From Acidimicrobiia bacterium (GTDB taxonomy: Bacteria; Actinomycetota; Acidimicrobiia; Acidimicrobiales; JANYDT01): a DNA stretch of 64,000 bases. A program made the position numbers and the translations under genes. The notes under the pieces are model-generated. The model was not told where the DNA came from and ran no database searches. It saw only the letters and a program-made list of their open reading frames with translations. Below are positions 28,345 through 37,889 of this stretch, in pieces. The stretch covers positions 33,463-97,462 of the forward strand of contig JANNBN010000018.1 in NCBI GenBank assembly GCA_031385545.1, in the 5' to 3' direction. How positions within the stretch are numbered: position 1 is the stretch's first letter; each line of letters starts with the position of its first letter.

Positions 28345-29727
28345 TCAACGGCAGAGACCTTCGTACAGGTCCTTGTATCGCTGCGCAGGTTGCTGCCATG
28401 TCCAGTCGGTCATCATTCCCCGTCGCTGTGCGGCCTTCCATATCAGCTTGTTGCGGAACGCGGCGGACGCCCGGTGCATGGCGTCCACCAGTCCGGCCGT
28501 GGACACGTCGGCCGAGACGAAACCGGTCCACGACTCCGGGTGGGCCAACGGATCGATCACCGTGTCGTGCAACCCGCCCACATCGGTGACGACGGGGATG
28601 GTGCCGTACGCCATTGCCTGCATCTGGGCCAGGCCACATGGCTCGAACCTGCTGGGCATCAGATAGCAGTCCACACCGGCGAAAATCTGGTGCGACAGCG
28701 GGAGGCTGAAACCTTCGCGGAAGGCCACCCGGTCCGGTTGCTCCGCAACGGCATCATGCAGTTGATCTGCCAGGGCTCGGTCACCGCTGCCCAGCACCAC
28801 CAACTGGCCGTTGAGGCTGCGAAGGTACCGGGCAGCCTCGACGACGAACTCCACACCCTTCTGGTCGACAAGCCTGGTGACGAAGCCGAAGACGGGGCCA
28901 CCCAAATCTTCCAACCCGACCGCTTGCAGCAACGCACCTCGGCACGCCACCTTGCCGGTTCGCTTGGAGGCAGAAAACGGTGTGTCGATCAGCGGATCGG
29001 CGGCTGCGTTCCATTCATCGGCCTCGATGCCGTTGACGATCCCCACCACCGCTCCGGCTGCAGATCGGGCGCCGAGAATGTCGGTCAGGCCGCATCCCAA
29101 CGGCTCGGACAGAATTTCGGCGGCATACCGAGGACTGACGGCGATAATGCGATCGGCCAGGATGAGCGCGCCGGCCAACGGGTTGCAGCGACCACGCCGA
29201 TCGTATGCATACGCACGGTCACCGAACACGTGCAGCCACCCACGGTCGCTGTCGCCCTGATACGCGAGATTGTGGATGGACACCACGGTCGGCACCCCGG
29301 CCGGGGACCATGCCAACGCCGGTGCGGTGTGCCAGTCGTTGACGTGCAGCACGTCGGGGCGCGAACACTGGGCCAGCTCGGCTACGGCAGCGCTGAACCG
29401 GAAGAACCTGCGGTCGTTGTCCCAGTACCCATCGCCTCCGGGGTCACCGTAAGGCCCGGCCCGACGAATGTCCGGCACGTCGATCAGCGTGAGTTCACCG
29501 AAGCCCTCGAGTGTTCCGGTGCGCGCGGTCGCCCCACCGACCCAGTCCGGGACGTCGAGCGCTTCGACAGTTTCGTCGGTGAGTGCGGTACCCGTGTAGT
29601 CGGGCAGGACGACTTGGACCTCGACCCCAGCCGCCCGAAGCGCGCGGGTGAGCCCGCCAGAAACCTCACCCAGTCCACCGACTCGGACGAGTGGTGCAAG
29701 TTCGGCAGCGGCATAAAGGATTCGCAT
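28345..29727 (-). CDS. glgA: Glycogen synthase (GT5)
   Basis: ELAPLVRVGGLGEV, HVNDWHTA, IHNLAYQG, RLVDQKG, PSRFEPCGL and VGGLHDTV motifs; adjacent to glgC. Confidence 0.93.
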   Translation of the reverse strand: MRILYAAAELAPLVRVGGLGEVSGGLTRALRAAGVEVQVVLPDYTGTALTDETVEALDVPDWVGGATARTGTLEGFGELTLIDVPDIRRAGPYGDPGGDGYWDNDRRFFRFSAAVAELAQCSRPDVLHVNDWHTAPALAWSPAGVPTVVSIHNLAYQGDSDRGWLHVFGDRAYAYDRRGRCNPLAGALILADRIIAVSPRYAAEILSEPLGCGLTDILGARSAAGAVVGIVNGIEADEWNAAADPLIDTPFSASKRTGKVACRGALLQAVGLEDLGGPVFGFVTRLVDQKGVEFVVEAARYLRSLNGQLVVLGSGDRALADQLHDAVAEQPDRVAFREGFSLPLSHQIFAGVDCYLMPSRFEPCGLAQMQAMAYGTIPVVTDVGGLHDTVIDPLAHPESWTGFVSADVSTAGLVDAMHRASAAFRNKLIWKAAQRRGMMTDWTWQQPAQRYKDLYEGLCR

Positions 29728-29747
29728 CCCCGGAAGTTACCCGCTGC

Positions 29748-29897
29748 CGGGCGCGGCCGAGCGGTGAACGGAGGGATCGCAGTGAACCCGAGGTGGAGCA
29801 ACCCATCAAGCACGGGCGCGGCCGAGCGGTGAACGGAGGGATCGCAGTGAACCCGAGGTGGAGCAACCCATCAAGCACGGGCGCGGCCGAGCGGTGA
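29748..29897. repeat. 65-bp perfect tandem repeat (2.3 copies), member of a dispersed family
   Basis: Unit cgggcgcggccgagcggtgaacggagggatcgcagtgaacccgaggtggagcaacccatcaagca starts at 29748, 29813 and 29878 (partial). Confidence 0.97.
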
Positions 29898-30902
29898 TGC
29901 GGCGCGCTGCCTGATGACGGACAGCATTTCGGCCACGATGGCGAGAGCGGTCTCTTCGGGCGAACGCGCTCCGAGATCCAACCCTACGGGACCGCGAACG
30001 CGTGCTGCTGCCTCAGCTGCGATGCCGAGATGTTCGACGAGGTGCTGTCGTCGTGCCGCCTGGGTATGCCGGGATCCGAGCGCTCCGATGTAGCCGCATT
30101 GACCGTTCAGCGCTGCTGCAAGCACGGCGCACGACGCCGCGATGTCGTGCGAGAGCACGACGACGCCGTCATTCGGCCCAGCGGTAGCACTTGTGGATAT
30201 GGCTGATTCGGTCTCGGCTTCGGGGTCGACCCGCACGGACCATCCGAGGACGGACCCCACCCTCGCGATGGCGTCGGCCAATTCTGCCCGCCCGAACACC
30301 AACAGCGACGGTGTTGAGGTGACTGCCTCGATGAGGAACGTGTCGGTTCCCTCGCCGAAGAGGATGGTTCCCATCGGCCCTTTCACATGCATGCGGTGAG
30401 CCGCTGTGAGCGCGTCTGTCCACCGGTCAGGTACTGCGGATGCCGATGCATCGGCTGATGCATCGGCTGATGCGTCGTCCGAGGTGCCGGATTCGGACGC
30501 GATGAACCGCGTCTCGCCGCTTGCAACATCGGTGATGAGAACCATGTCGACGCCGGAGGCGATGTGCGCGAGCGCGTTGGGAGCTAAGGCTGCGCCCGTG
30601 TGCAGCAGGACGGTGAGCCGCCCACCGCAGGCCAGCCCGGAGCGAACAGCGGCGGCGTCACCGACTGACACCTCGACCACCGCCGACCGCACGGCAGTCG
30701 ACAACATCGAGCGCGCAGCACTGATCACCTCGGCATCCGCCGCCCCGGACGCAAGATTTCCGAACGACCGCGAATCGGTGACTATCAGCGCCTCCCCGGT
30801 CCGGCGACCGCCGAAACCCTGCGTCGACATCACTCGTGCCAGCACCGCTCGATCCAGCTGATCTCCACACGCTTCGATGACAGATGCAAGTCCAGAACCC
30901 AT
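29871..30902 (-). CDS. XdhC/CoxI-family molybdoenzyme accessory protein
   Basis: GLACGG, VLSHD, YIGALGSR and GPVGLDLGARSPEETALAIVAE motifs; the stop codon lies inside the 65-bp repeat. Confidence 0.9.
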   Translation of the reverse strand: MGSGLASVIEACGDQLDRAVLARVMSTQGFGGRRTGEALIVTDSRSFGNLASGAADAEVISAARSMLSTAVRSAVVEVSVGDAAAVRSGLACGGRLTVLLHTGAALAPNALAHIASGVDMVLITDVASGETRFIASESGTSDDASADASADASASAVPDRWTDALTAAHRMHVKGPMGTILFGEGTDTFLIEAVTSTPSLLVFGRAELADAIARVGSVLGWSVRVDPEAETESAISTSATAGPNDGVVVLSHDIAASCAVLAAALNGQCGYIGALGSRHTQAARRQHLVEHLGIAAEAAARVRGPVGLDLGARSPEETALAIVAEMLSVIRQRAASPLGRARA

Positions 30903-31048
30903 TCCACCATCCTTGCTGTTCGACCTGCGTTCGTGTGCGTCGCAACCCGAACCACCGAAATCGTCCGCAGACGGTCTCGGCTCCAACCAGGCTCATGTCA
31001 TTTCGGCCTGCTTGCGTCGACTCGAGCGGGCCGCAGTATCGTCGGGGT

Positions 31049-32239
31049 GTGCTCGCAATCGACTTCGGCGCTGCCTTGCGCATGTCACGCAACGACGACC
31101 CGGGACGCGTCACCGAAATCTTGGTTCGAGCGGCGAGAGGGTTGCGAGCAAGCGACGTCGTCGTGTACCTCATCGATTTCGGGCAAACCGTCCTCCAGCC
31201 GCTTCCCGACCGAACGGTGCATCCTGACCTGCCCATGACGGAAGACGTCGCGACGACCCTTGCCGGCCGATGTTTCCGAGATCAGTGCATCGTCACCGCC
31301 AAACGCGACGACGGGATCCGCATCTGGGCGCCCGTCATCGAGGGATCCGATCGCACGGGAGTCCTCGCCGTAACAGTGGCCGCAGCGGACGACGCTACGT
31401 TCACCGCGTGCGAAGAACTCGGCCTGTTCGCCGGGTACTTGATTGCCGCACAGGCGCGATGTACCGACATGTACAACCTGCATCGCCGCCGACGCAACAT
31501 GAGCCTCGCCGCCAGCATGCAATGGGACCTTTTACCGCCGCTTGTGATGAACACCGGCGCAGTCTCGATCGCCGGACTCCTCGAGCCCGCCTACGACGTC
31601 GGCGGTGATTGCTTCGATTATGCACTCAACGGTCCCACTTTTGATTTTGTGATCATGGATGCAATGGGCCACGGCATCGCGTCTTCCGTGATTGCGTCAC
31701 TTGCCATGGGGAGCTACCGCTACGATCGACGTGAAGGCCGGGCACTCGAAGTGATTCACCGAAACCTCTCGTCGACGATCGCTTCGTACTATCGCGATGC
31801 GTCGTTCTCCACTGGAGTACTGGGTCGCCTCGACGTGGCTACCGGCATGCTGAGTTGGACCAACGCCGGCCACCCGGTGCCGCTGCTGATTCGTGGTGGT
31901 CACGTCGTCAAGCAGCTCGTCTGTCCACCAACGCCCCCATGGGGAACACTGATGCGAGACCCGACGGTCGCAACCGAATCTCTCGAACCCGGTGACTTCG
32001 TGCTCCTCTACACCGACGGCGTGAGCGAGGCGCATACTCCTGGAGGTGAGCATTTCGGTTTGGAACGTCTTATCGATCTCATCGACCGAAGCGCATCGGA
32101 ACTACAACGTCCCCAACAAATCCTGCACACCCTCATCCGCGCAGTATCGGATCACCTCAAAGGTGACCCCCATGACGACGCAACATTCGTGCTCCTCCGG
32201 TGGGACGGGCCAAAGAACGACGTCGAGCCCAATCCCTGA
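31049..32239 (+). CDS. PP2C/SpoIIE-family phosphatase with GAF-like N-terminus
   Basis: QWDLLPP, EPAYDVGGDCFD, DAMGHG, NAGHP, LYTDG and DDAT motifs; GTG start after TATCGT. Confidence 0.9.
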   Translation: MLAIDFGAALRMSRNDDPGRVTEILVRAARGLRASDVVVYLIDFGQTVLQPLPDRTVHPDLPMTEDVATTLAGRCFRDQCIVTAKRDDGIRIWAPVIEGSDRTGVLAVTVAAADDATFTACEELGLFAGYLIAAQARCTDMYNLHRRRRNMSLAASMQWDLLPPLVMNTGAVSIAGLLEPAYDVGGDCFDYALNGPTFDFVIMDAMGHGIASSVIASLAMGSYRYDRREGRALEVIHRNLSSTIASYYRDASFSTGVLGRLDVATGMLSWTNAGHPVPLLIRGGHVVKQLVCPPTPPWGTLMRDPTVATESLEPGDFVLLYTDGVSEAHTPGGEHFGLERLIDLIDRSASELQRPQQILHTLIRAVSDHLKGDPHDDATFVLLRWDGPKNDVEPNP

Positions 32240-32312
32240 AGCGCTGACCCGTCACCTCTAAACCTGACTATGACCAGCCATAGCAGAACCCTGTTTCGGG
32301 CAGACTGGGTGG

Positions 32313-33236
32313 GTGCCAAGTACATCTGTTGCAACCATCGAGACGGACATCCACCTCGCCGGGACAGGCGTCTCCGTGCTCATAGGCACGATGCAGGGTA
32401 AATACCCCACCAGCAACACCATGCAGGTCACGGGTTCTTTCGGCTCGCTGCTGGTCGATCCGTCGATCGACGTCTACATCCGTGGCGGAGCACCGGCCAG
32501 CATCGATCGGGTGTTGATATCGCACGCGCACGAAGATCACCTCGCCGGGGTTGGCAGGTTCCCGGAAGCCTCGATCTGCGCGCATCACCACGACGTACGC
32601 GCGCTGCACACTCTCGGCGGACTGCTGGACGTCTACGGCATGCCGGAACCGCTCCGCAGCACCTGGGCGGAACAACTCCTGACCGACTTCCACTACACCT
32701 CCCGGGCTGACGCCTCGGGCTTCGCAGACGGTGAAGTGTTCGACCTCGGCGGACGCACCGTCACCGCGATTCACCTGCCAGGCCATACCCGCGGGCATTG
32801 CGGGTTTCTCGTGGAACCCGACGGCGTGTTCTTCGTCGCCGACATCGACCTGTCCAGCTTCGGGCCGTACTACGGCGACCACTGGAGCGACCTCGAAGAT
32901 TTCGAACGGGCGATGGACCGGTCGGCCGAGGTCGATGCCCGCTGGTACGTCACATCGCATCACAAGGGGATCGTGGAAGGCCAGGAAGCGTTCAACGCAG
33001 CGCTGGCGTTGTTCCGCTCCGTCATCGGCGCGCGCGAACAACGACTGATCGCATTCCTGGCCCAGCCTCGCACCATCGAAGAGATCGTTGCGCACCGCAT
33101 CATCTACCGCCCCGGCACAACGGGTGTGATTTGGATCGATCACGTGGAAGAGGTCTCTGCGCGGATGCACCTGAAACGCCTGACCCGAACGGGCGCCGTT
33201 GCCGAGTTGGAGTCTGGACAGTTCCGGGCACAATGA
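32313..33236 (+). CDS. MBL-fold metallo-hydrolase
   Basis: SHAHEDH, PGHTRGH and ADID motifs. Confidence 0.88.
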   Translation: MPSTSVATIETDIHLAGTGVSVLIGTMQGKYPTSNTMQVTGSFGSLLVDPSIDVYIRGGAPASIDRVLISHAHEDHLAGVGRFPEASICAHHHDVRALHTLGGLLDVYGMPEPLRSTWAEQLLTDFHYTSRADASGFADGEVFDLGGRTVTAIHLPGHTRGHCGFLVEPDGVFFVADIDLSSFGPYYGDHWSDLEDFERAMDRSAEVDARWYVTSHHKGIVEGQEAFNAALALFRSVIGAREQRLIAFLAQPRTIEEIVAHRIIYRPGTTGVIWIDHVEEVSARMHLKRLTRTGAVAELESGQFRAQ

Positions 33237-33245
33237 TCTGACCCT

Positions 33246-34370
33246 GTGAGTACCGAAACGCCTCCGTCGACCAACCCGCCCGGTAACGATGGGTTGCTCC
33301 ACCTCAGGTTCAACTCCGATCCCTCCGTTCACCGTTCGGCCGCGCCCGGGATCGAGGTCGAACGCGTTACCCACTGGTTCTCCGAGCATGCGTCGCAATT
33401 CCGCCCACCATTCGCGTTCCAGGCGCTGCCGGGAGGTCACTCCAACCTCACCTATCTGGTGACCGATGCCGACGGTGCCACGTGCGTCATCCGCCGCGGC
33501 CCGCTCGGCCATGTGCTGCCCACCGCCCACGACATGGGCCGCGAGTTCCGGGCCATCCATGCGCTCGGCCCCACCCGGGTGCCGGTGCCACCTGCCATCG
33601 GATTCTGTGACGACGACACGGTCACCGGTGCACCCTTCTACGTCATGGGCCACGTCGAGGGAATCGTGCTGCATGATGTTTCGGCAGCTGCGGCGCTGCC
33701 CGTTGCGTTGCGGGCCAAGACGAGCGAATCGATCTTCGACGTCCTCGGCGAACTGCACGCAGTCGACATCGACGAGGTTGGATTGCAGGGTCATGGGAAG
33801 CGCGACGGTTACGTCGAGCGTCAACTCCGCCGGTGGTACCAGCAATACACGGCGATGAAGACGGCAGAAGTTCCGAGCGTCGACATCGCCTTCGAGAAAC
33901 TCATCACGTCACTTCCCACCCAGCAACGCGCGGCCATTGTGCATGGCGACTTTCGTCTGGGGAACTGCATCACCGACAACACGAGCGAGGCAATTGTTGC
34001 CGTGCTCGATTGGGAGATCTCCACGCTGGGTGACCCCATGGCCGATCTCGGCTATCTGGTCACCACCTGGGTGCGCACGGCCGGGCAGGTCGGCAACGGC
34101 AACGAGTCAGCGGCTCCGACGCTGGCGGAAGGATTCCTGGACGTCGAACCGCTGGTTGCCCGTTACGCCGCAGCGTCGGGGCTCGACGTGTCTGACCTGC
34201 CCTGGTACACCGCGTTCAACCATTGGAAGGGCGCGTGCATCATCCAGGGGGTTGCCACCCGTTACCGCGGCGGGGCCAAAGGTGCTGAGGGCCTCGACCT
34301 GTCGATCTTCGACCGCAGTGTGGTCGAACGATCTGAAGCTGCGCTTGCGATGCTCGAATCGCTCAGCTGA
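33246..34370 (+). CDS. APH-family phosphotransferase (ACAD10/11 kinase-like) with a 22-aa repeat-derived insert
   Basis: GGHSNLTY, AHDMGRE, HGDFRLGN and VLDWEISTLGDP motifs. Confidence 0.92.
   Translation: MSTETPPSTNPPGNDGLLHLRFNSDPSVHRSAAPGIEVERVTHWFSEHASQFRPPFAFQALPGGHSNLTYLVTDADGATCVIRRGPLGHVLPTAHDMGREFRAIHALGPTRVPVPPAIGFCDDDTVTGAPFYVMGHVEGIVLHDVSAAAALPVALRAKTSESIFDVLGELHAVDIDEVGLQGHGKRDGYVERQLRRWYQQYTAMKTAEVPSVDIAFEKLITSLPTQQRAAIVHGDFRLGNCITDNTSEAIVAVLDWEISTLGDPMADLGYLVTTWVRTAGQVGNGNESAAPTLAEGFLDVEPLVARYAAASGLDVSDLPWYTAFNHWKGACIIQGVATRYRGGAKGAEGLDLSIFDRSVVERSEAALAMLESLS
33277..33349 (+). repeat. 66-bp in-frame copy of the 65-bp repeat family, bounded by cgcccgg direct repeats
   Basis: Near-identical to the reverse complement of the 29748 unit, with one extra base. 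cgcccgg occurs at 33277 and 33343. Confidence 0.9.
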
Positions 34371-34394
34371 GCCCATCGGGTGCAGGTCAGGGCT

Positions 34395-35897
34395 TCAAAT
34401 CTCGCCGGTCGACAATTTCGCACGAACTTCAACTGCACGTTCGCGGACGGCGTTGAGATCAGCGAGCCTGTGCATTCCGGCAACGGGCTTGCTCATCCGA
34501 TGATTTCGCGACCAGCGAGTTTCGTGGCGGGCGATGAAGTCCCAGTACAGCGATGTGTACGGGCACGCCTTCGGACCAACTCGCTGCTTCGGGTCGTACC
34601 GGCATCCCTGGCAGTAATCGCTCATGCGGGAGATGTAGGCACCTGCTGACGCGTAGGGTTTCGTGGCCATTCGTCCACCGTCGGCGTGCAACGCCATGCC
34701 GATGACGTTCGGCGCCATCACCCAATCCGCTGCGTCGATGAACCGTTCGCGCATCCAGTCGTTCAGTAAACCCGGTTGCACCCCGCCCGTCAATCCGAGG
34801 TTGCCCAGAATCATGAGACGCTGGATGTGGTGAGCGTATGCACGCTTATCAACACCGTCGAGGACCGCGCTCAGGCATGCCATGTTCGTCGCACCCGAAG
34901 ACCAGAACGCAAGAGGTAATGAAGCCGTCGCCTGTAGTTCGTTGCTGCTGGCGTACTGGGGTCCCCAGAGGTGCGCCAGGCCGTAGACGTACTCACGCCA
35001 GCCGATGATCTGCCGGATGAAGCCCTCTGCGCTTGCAAGAGGAATGAGCCCAGCATGGAAGGCGGCTTCTGTTTCCTCGACAACCCGTGCCGGAGAGAGC
35101 AGGCCGAGGTTCATCGAGCTGGACAGTGCCGTGTGCGCCAGGTGCCAATTCGAACGAAGCATCGCATCTTCGTGCGGACCGAAGATGGGCAAGGCATTGT
35201 CGATCACGTTGCGCAGCCTGGCAAGCGCCTGGGCGGGTGTGGTGGGCCAGAGCCCGGACCAGGGCGACCCAACTGCCAGCGGTGCGAACTGATCGATAAG
35301 CGAGCCGACGTAATCGTCGGTGTCATCGCTTGTTTCCGGGTGCGGTTGCGGCCACGTGCGGCCATCCTTCGGCGGTGCCTCCCTATTGGCTTCGTCGTAG
35401 TTCCACCGGCCGCCGATCGGCTCGTCGCCTTCCATGAGTATGCCGAGCCGCACACGCTGCCACCGATAGAAATCCTCCATGCGCAGCTTGTCGCCACGCG
35501 GCGCCGCCCACTCGGCGAACTCTGCTGTGCTGCAGAGGAACTGATCGTTCGGCGACACGACCACCTCGGGCCAGTCGGCCAGCGAACGCCGCAGTCGAAG
35601 GTCTGCCGGTTCCATGACCGACACGTGCTCGACCCCGAACTGCTGGCAATGCTGCCGCACGCCGGCACGCATCCCGGTTGCGATTCTGAAGTCCACGGCA
35701 AACCCGTCGGCTTCAAGGTTGTCGGCCATCCGGCGCATACCGGCCAGAACCAGGTGCAACCGCTGACGATGCCAGGGCCGCGATGCGAGCATCGACGTTG
35801 ACACTACGAACAGGACCCTGGTGGTGTTCGGGTCGGCGTCATCCAGCAACGTGCTCTCGTTGCTGAGTTGATCACCAAGTATCCAGACGCTGCGCAC
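34395..35897 (-). CDS. FeS-type cryptochrome/photolyase (CryB/PhrB class)
   Basis: ILGDQL, GGRWNYDEANR, EGFIRQIIGWRE, YAHHIQRLM and TKPYASAGAYI motifs; four Cys in MACL, YCQGC and ACPY. Confidence 0.93.
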   Translation of the reverse strand: MRSVWILGDQLSNESTLLDDADPNTTRVLFVVSTSMLASRPWHRQRLHLVLAGMRRMADNLEADGFAVDFRIATGMRAGVRQHCQQFGVEHVSVMEPADLRLRRSLADWPEVVVSPNDQFLCSTAEFAEWAAPRGDKLRMEDFYRWQRVRLGILMEGDEPIGGRWNYDEANREAPPKDGRTWPQPHPETSDDTDDYVGSLIDQFAPLAVGSPWSGLWPTTPAQALARLRNVIDNALPIFGPHEDAMLRSNWHLAHTALSSSMNLGLLSPARVVEETEAAFHAGLIPLASAEGFIRQIIGWREYVYGLAHLWGPQYASSNELQATASLPLAFWSSGATNMACLSAVLDGVDKRAYAHHIQRLMILGNLGLTGGVQPGLLNDWMRERFIDAADWVMAPNVIGMALHADGGRMATKPYASAGAYISRMSDYCQGCRYDPKQRVGPKACPYTSLYWDFIARHETRWSRNHRMSKPVAGMHRLADLNAVRERAVEVRAKLSTGEI

Positions 35898-35941
35898 GCA
35901 GCAGTCTGAACCAGTTTCTACTCTTCGGGGTAGTCGCCCGT

Positions 35942-36646
35942 TCAGTCCCGATCACGCGCGACGGCTACGACTTCGCGGACTGCAGGCGCGAATGGGCTCC
36001 ACAAGAACCACGTGCCGAATGATCGCACCAGTTCCTTGGGTCCGTGGATCGTCACTGTTCCGCGTCCCAGCGCATCGGCAAGTGACTCGGCCCCGGAAAA
36101 CACTCGCATCAACCCCACCCCATCGGTAAGGACCACCAGATCGGAATCGAACCCAGGGTGCTTCACGCAGACCGACGGGTCTCCCCGGTCAAGAATCAGC
36201 CAGATGTGGGTGGCATTCGTTCCCCGGTAGTCGAATTCGATTACCACGCGACGGTCGGGTAGACGGTCCGTATTGACTCGCCGGTGCATCCACCATGTGA
36301 GGGTAACGGGGTCAACGTCGGCCGGGCGGGGTTCCGCGTACATCCACCGAACGGCCCACTCACCCAACGCCATGATGACTGATTCGAGGCCGCGGCCGGC
36401 CGGTGTGAGGTGGTACTCACTGCCGTGCCCGGCCCGCGCCGGGCGCCGTTCCACCACCCCCTTCCGTTCGAGATGATCAAGCCGTTTGGTCAGCAAGGTG
36501 CGAGAAATTCCCGGTAAGCCACGCTCGATGTCGTTGAAACGTGTGCTGCCGAGCACCAACTCGCGCATCACCAACGGCGTCCATCGATCAGCGAGAACCT
36601 CGCTCCCCAGCGAAACCGGGCAGTACTGCCCATACTCATGTCCCAT
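35942..36646 (-). CDS. HxlR-family winged-helix regulator with SCP2-like C-terminus
   Basis: YGQYCPV, RWTPLVMREL, RFNDIERGLPGISR and EYHLTPAG motifs. Confidence 0.9.
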   Translation of the reverse strand: MGHEYGQYCPVSLGSEVLADRWTPLVMRELVLGSTRFNDIERGLPGISRTLLTKRLDHLERKGVVERRPARAGHGSEYHLTPAGRGLESVIMALGEWAVRWMYAEPRPADVDPVTLTWWMHRRVNTDRLPDRRVVIEFDYRGTNATHIWLILDRGDPSVCVKHPGFDSDLVVLTDGVGLMRVFSGAESLADALGRGTVTIHGPKELVRSFGTWFLWSPFAPAVREVVAVARDRD

Positions 36647-36714
36647 GTCCTGATCATGGCATTAGTACAACTTGAGCACTAGAGCCGAAGGCTCGGGAGG
36701 CACACCATGACCTC

Positions 36715-37872
36715 ATGACAACGATGACGGAACATTCAACAGCCGATAAGGAACGAGAGCTGGTTGCGTGGGCAGCAGAGCTGGGCGCTGCGATCGGTGT
36801 TCACTCGGCGCGACACGATGACGACGGCACGTTCGTCACAGAGGCCTACGAATTGCTGAAAAGCTCTGGATACTTAGCACTTGCGGTACCGGAGGAGTTG
36901 GGCGGCCGAGGCGCCACCATCCGTCAAGTCGCAATGGCGCAACGGGAGTTGGCTCGTTCATGTGCGTCAACCGCGCTTGCCTCGACCATGCATCACCACG
37001 TGGTGCTGTTCACGGCTTGGCGCATGCGGCGCGGGCTCCCGGGAGCAGAAGCAACCCTGAAGCGGGTCGCCAATGATGGCATCGTCCTGGTTTCGACCGG
37101 CGGCGCCGATCAGACGCGACCTCGCGGTGACGCGAAACGGGTCGACGGCGGATATCTGGTCAACGGTCGCAAGATCTTCGCCAGCCAGGCTCCAGCCGGA
37201 ACCGTGCTGTCGACGATGTTTGCTTTCGACGACCCGACCGACGGGCGGATCGTGTTGAACATGGCCGTGCCGATGGCATCGGAGGGCGTAGCCATCGACC
37301 ACAACTGGGATGCGCTGGGCATGCGTGGCACGGGAAGCCACGACGTCCTGCTGACAGACGTGTTCGTCTCCGATGCACAGGTGCTTGCACGGCGCCCGTA
37401 CGGCAAGGTGGACGGTCCGCTCCAGGTCATCCTCAGCATCGCAATGCCTCCGATTGCAGCGGTGTACCTCGGGATCGCCGAAATGGCACGTGATCATGCA
37501 CTGCAGGCGGTCCTCTCTTCCGGTCGAGCCGACGACACCGCCGTGCAACGTCAGGTCGGGCTGATGCAGAACCGGCTGATGATTGCCGGTTGGGCATTGG
37601 ACGGTGCACTCGAGGCGGTCGGCGAGGACCCGGAGCCGTGCATGGCAACCGTTGCGCAGGTCATGGCCGCAAAGCGCGAAATCGCGTTGGCGAGCATTGA
37701 GGCGTGCGACATGGCGATGGATCTCGCCGGCGGTTCGGCGTTCTATCGGTCGTCGCCGATTTCTCGCTGCTACCGGGACGTGCGGGGAATCAAGCTGCAT
37801 CCGTTCACGCCAGAGGAGACCCTGGTCCACGCCGGTCGTCTAGCGCTTGGTCGTCCGGCTGACGAACGCTAG
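36715..37872 (+). CDS. Acyl-CoA dehydrogenase-family flavoprotein (possibly monooxygenase-type)
   Basis: VPEELGGRG, VNGRKIFAS, WDALGMRGTGSHDV and RCYRDVR motifs; divergent from the HxlR gene. Confidence 0.88.
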   Translation: MTTMTEHSTADKERELVAWAAELGAAIGVHSARHDDDGTFVTEAYELLKSSGYLALAVPEELGGRGATIRQVAMAQRELARSCASTALASTMHHHVVLFTAWRMRRGLPGAEATLKRVANDGIVLVSTGGADQTRPRGDAKRVDGGYLVNGRKIFASQAPAGTVLSTMFAFDDPTDGRIVLNMAVPMASEGVAIDHNWDALGMRGTGSHDVLLTDVFVSDAQVLARRPYGKVDGPLQVILSIAMPPIAAVYLGIAEMARDHALQAVLSSGRADDTAVQRQVGLMQNRLMIAGWALDGALEAVGEDPEPCMATVAQVMAAKREIALASIEACDMAMDLAGGSAFYRSSPISRCYRDVRGIKLHPFTPEETLVHAGRLALGRPADER

Positions 37873-37889
37873 AAGCAGCAGAGGGAAGC

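Noticed and set aside
29748-29897. Possible CRISPR array
   Set aside because: The units are contiguous identical 65-mers with no unique spacers, and no cas genes are in the window.
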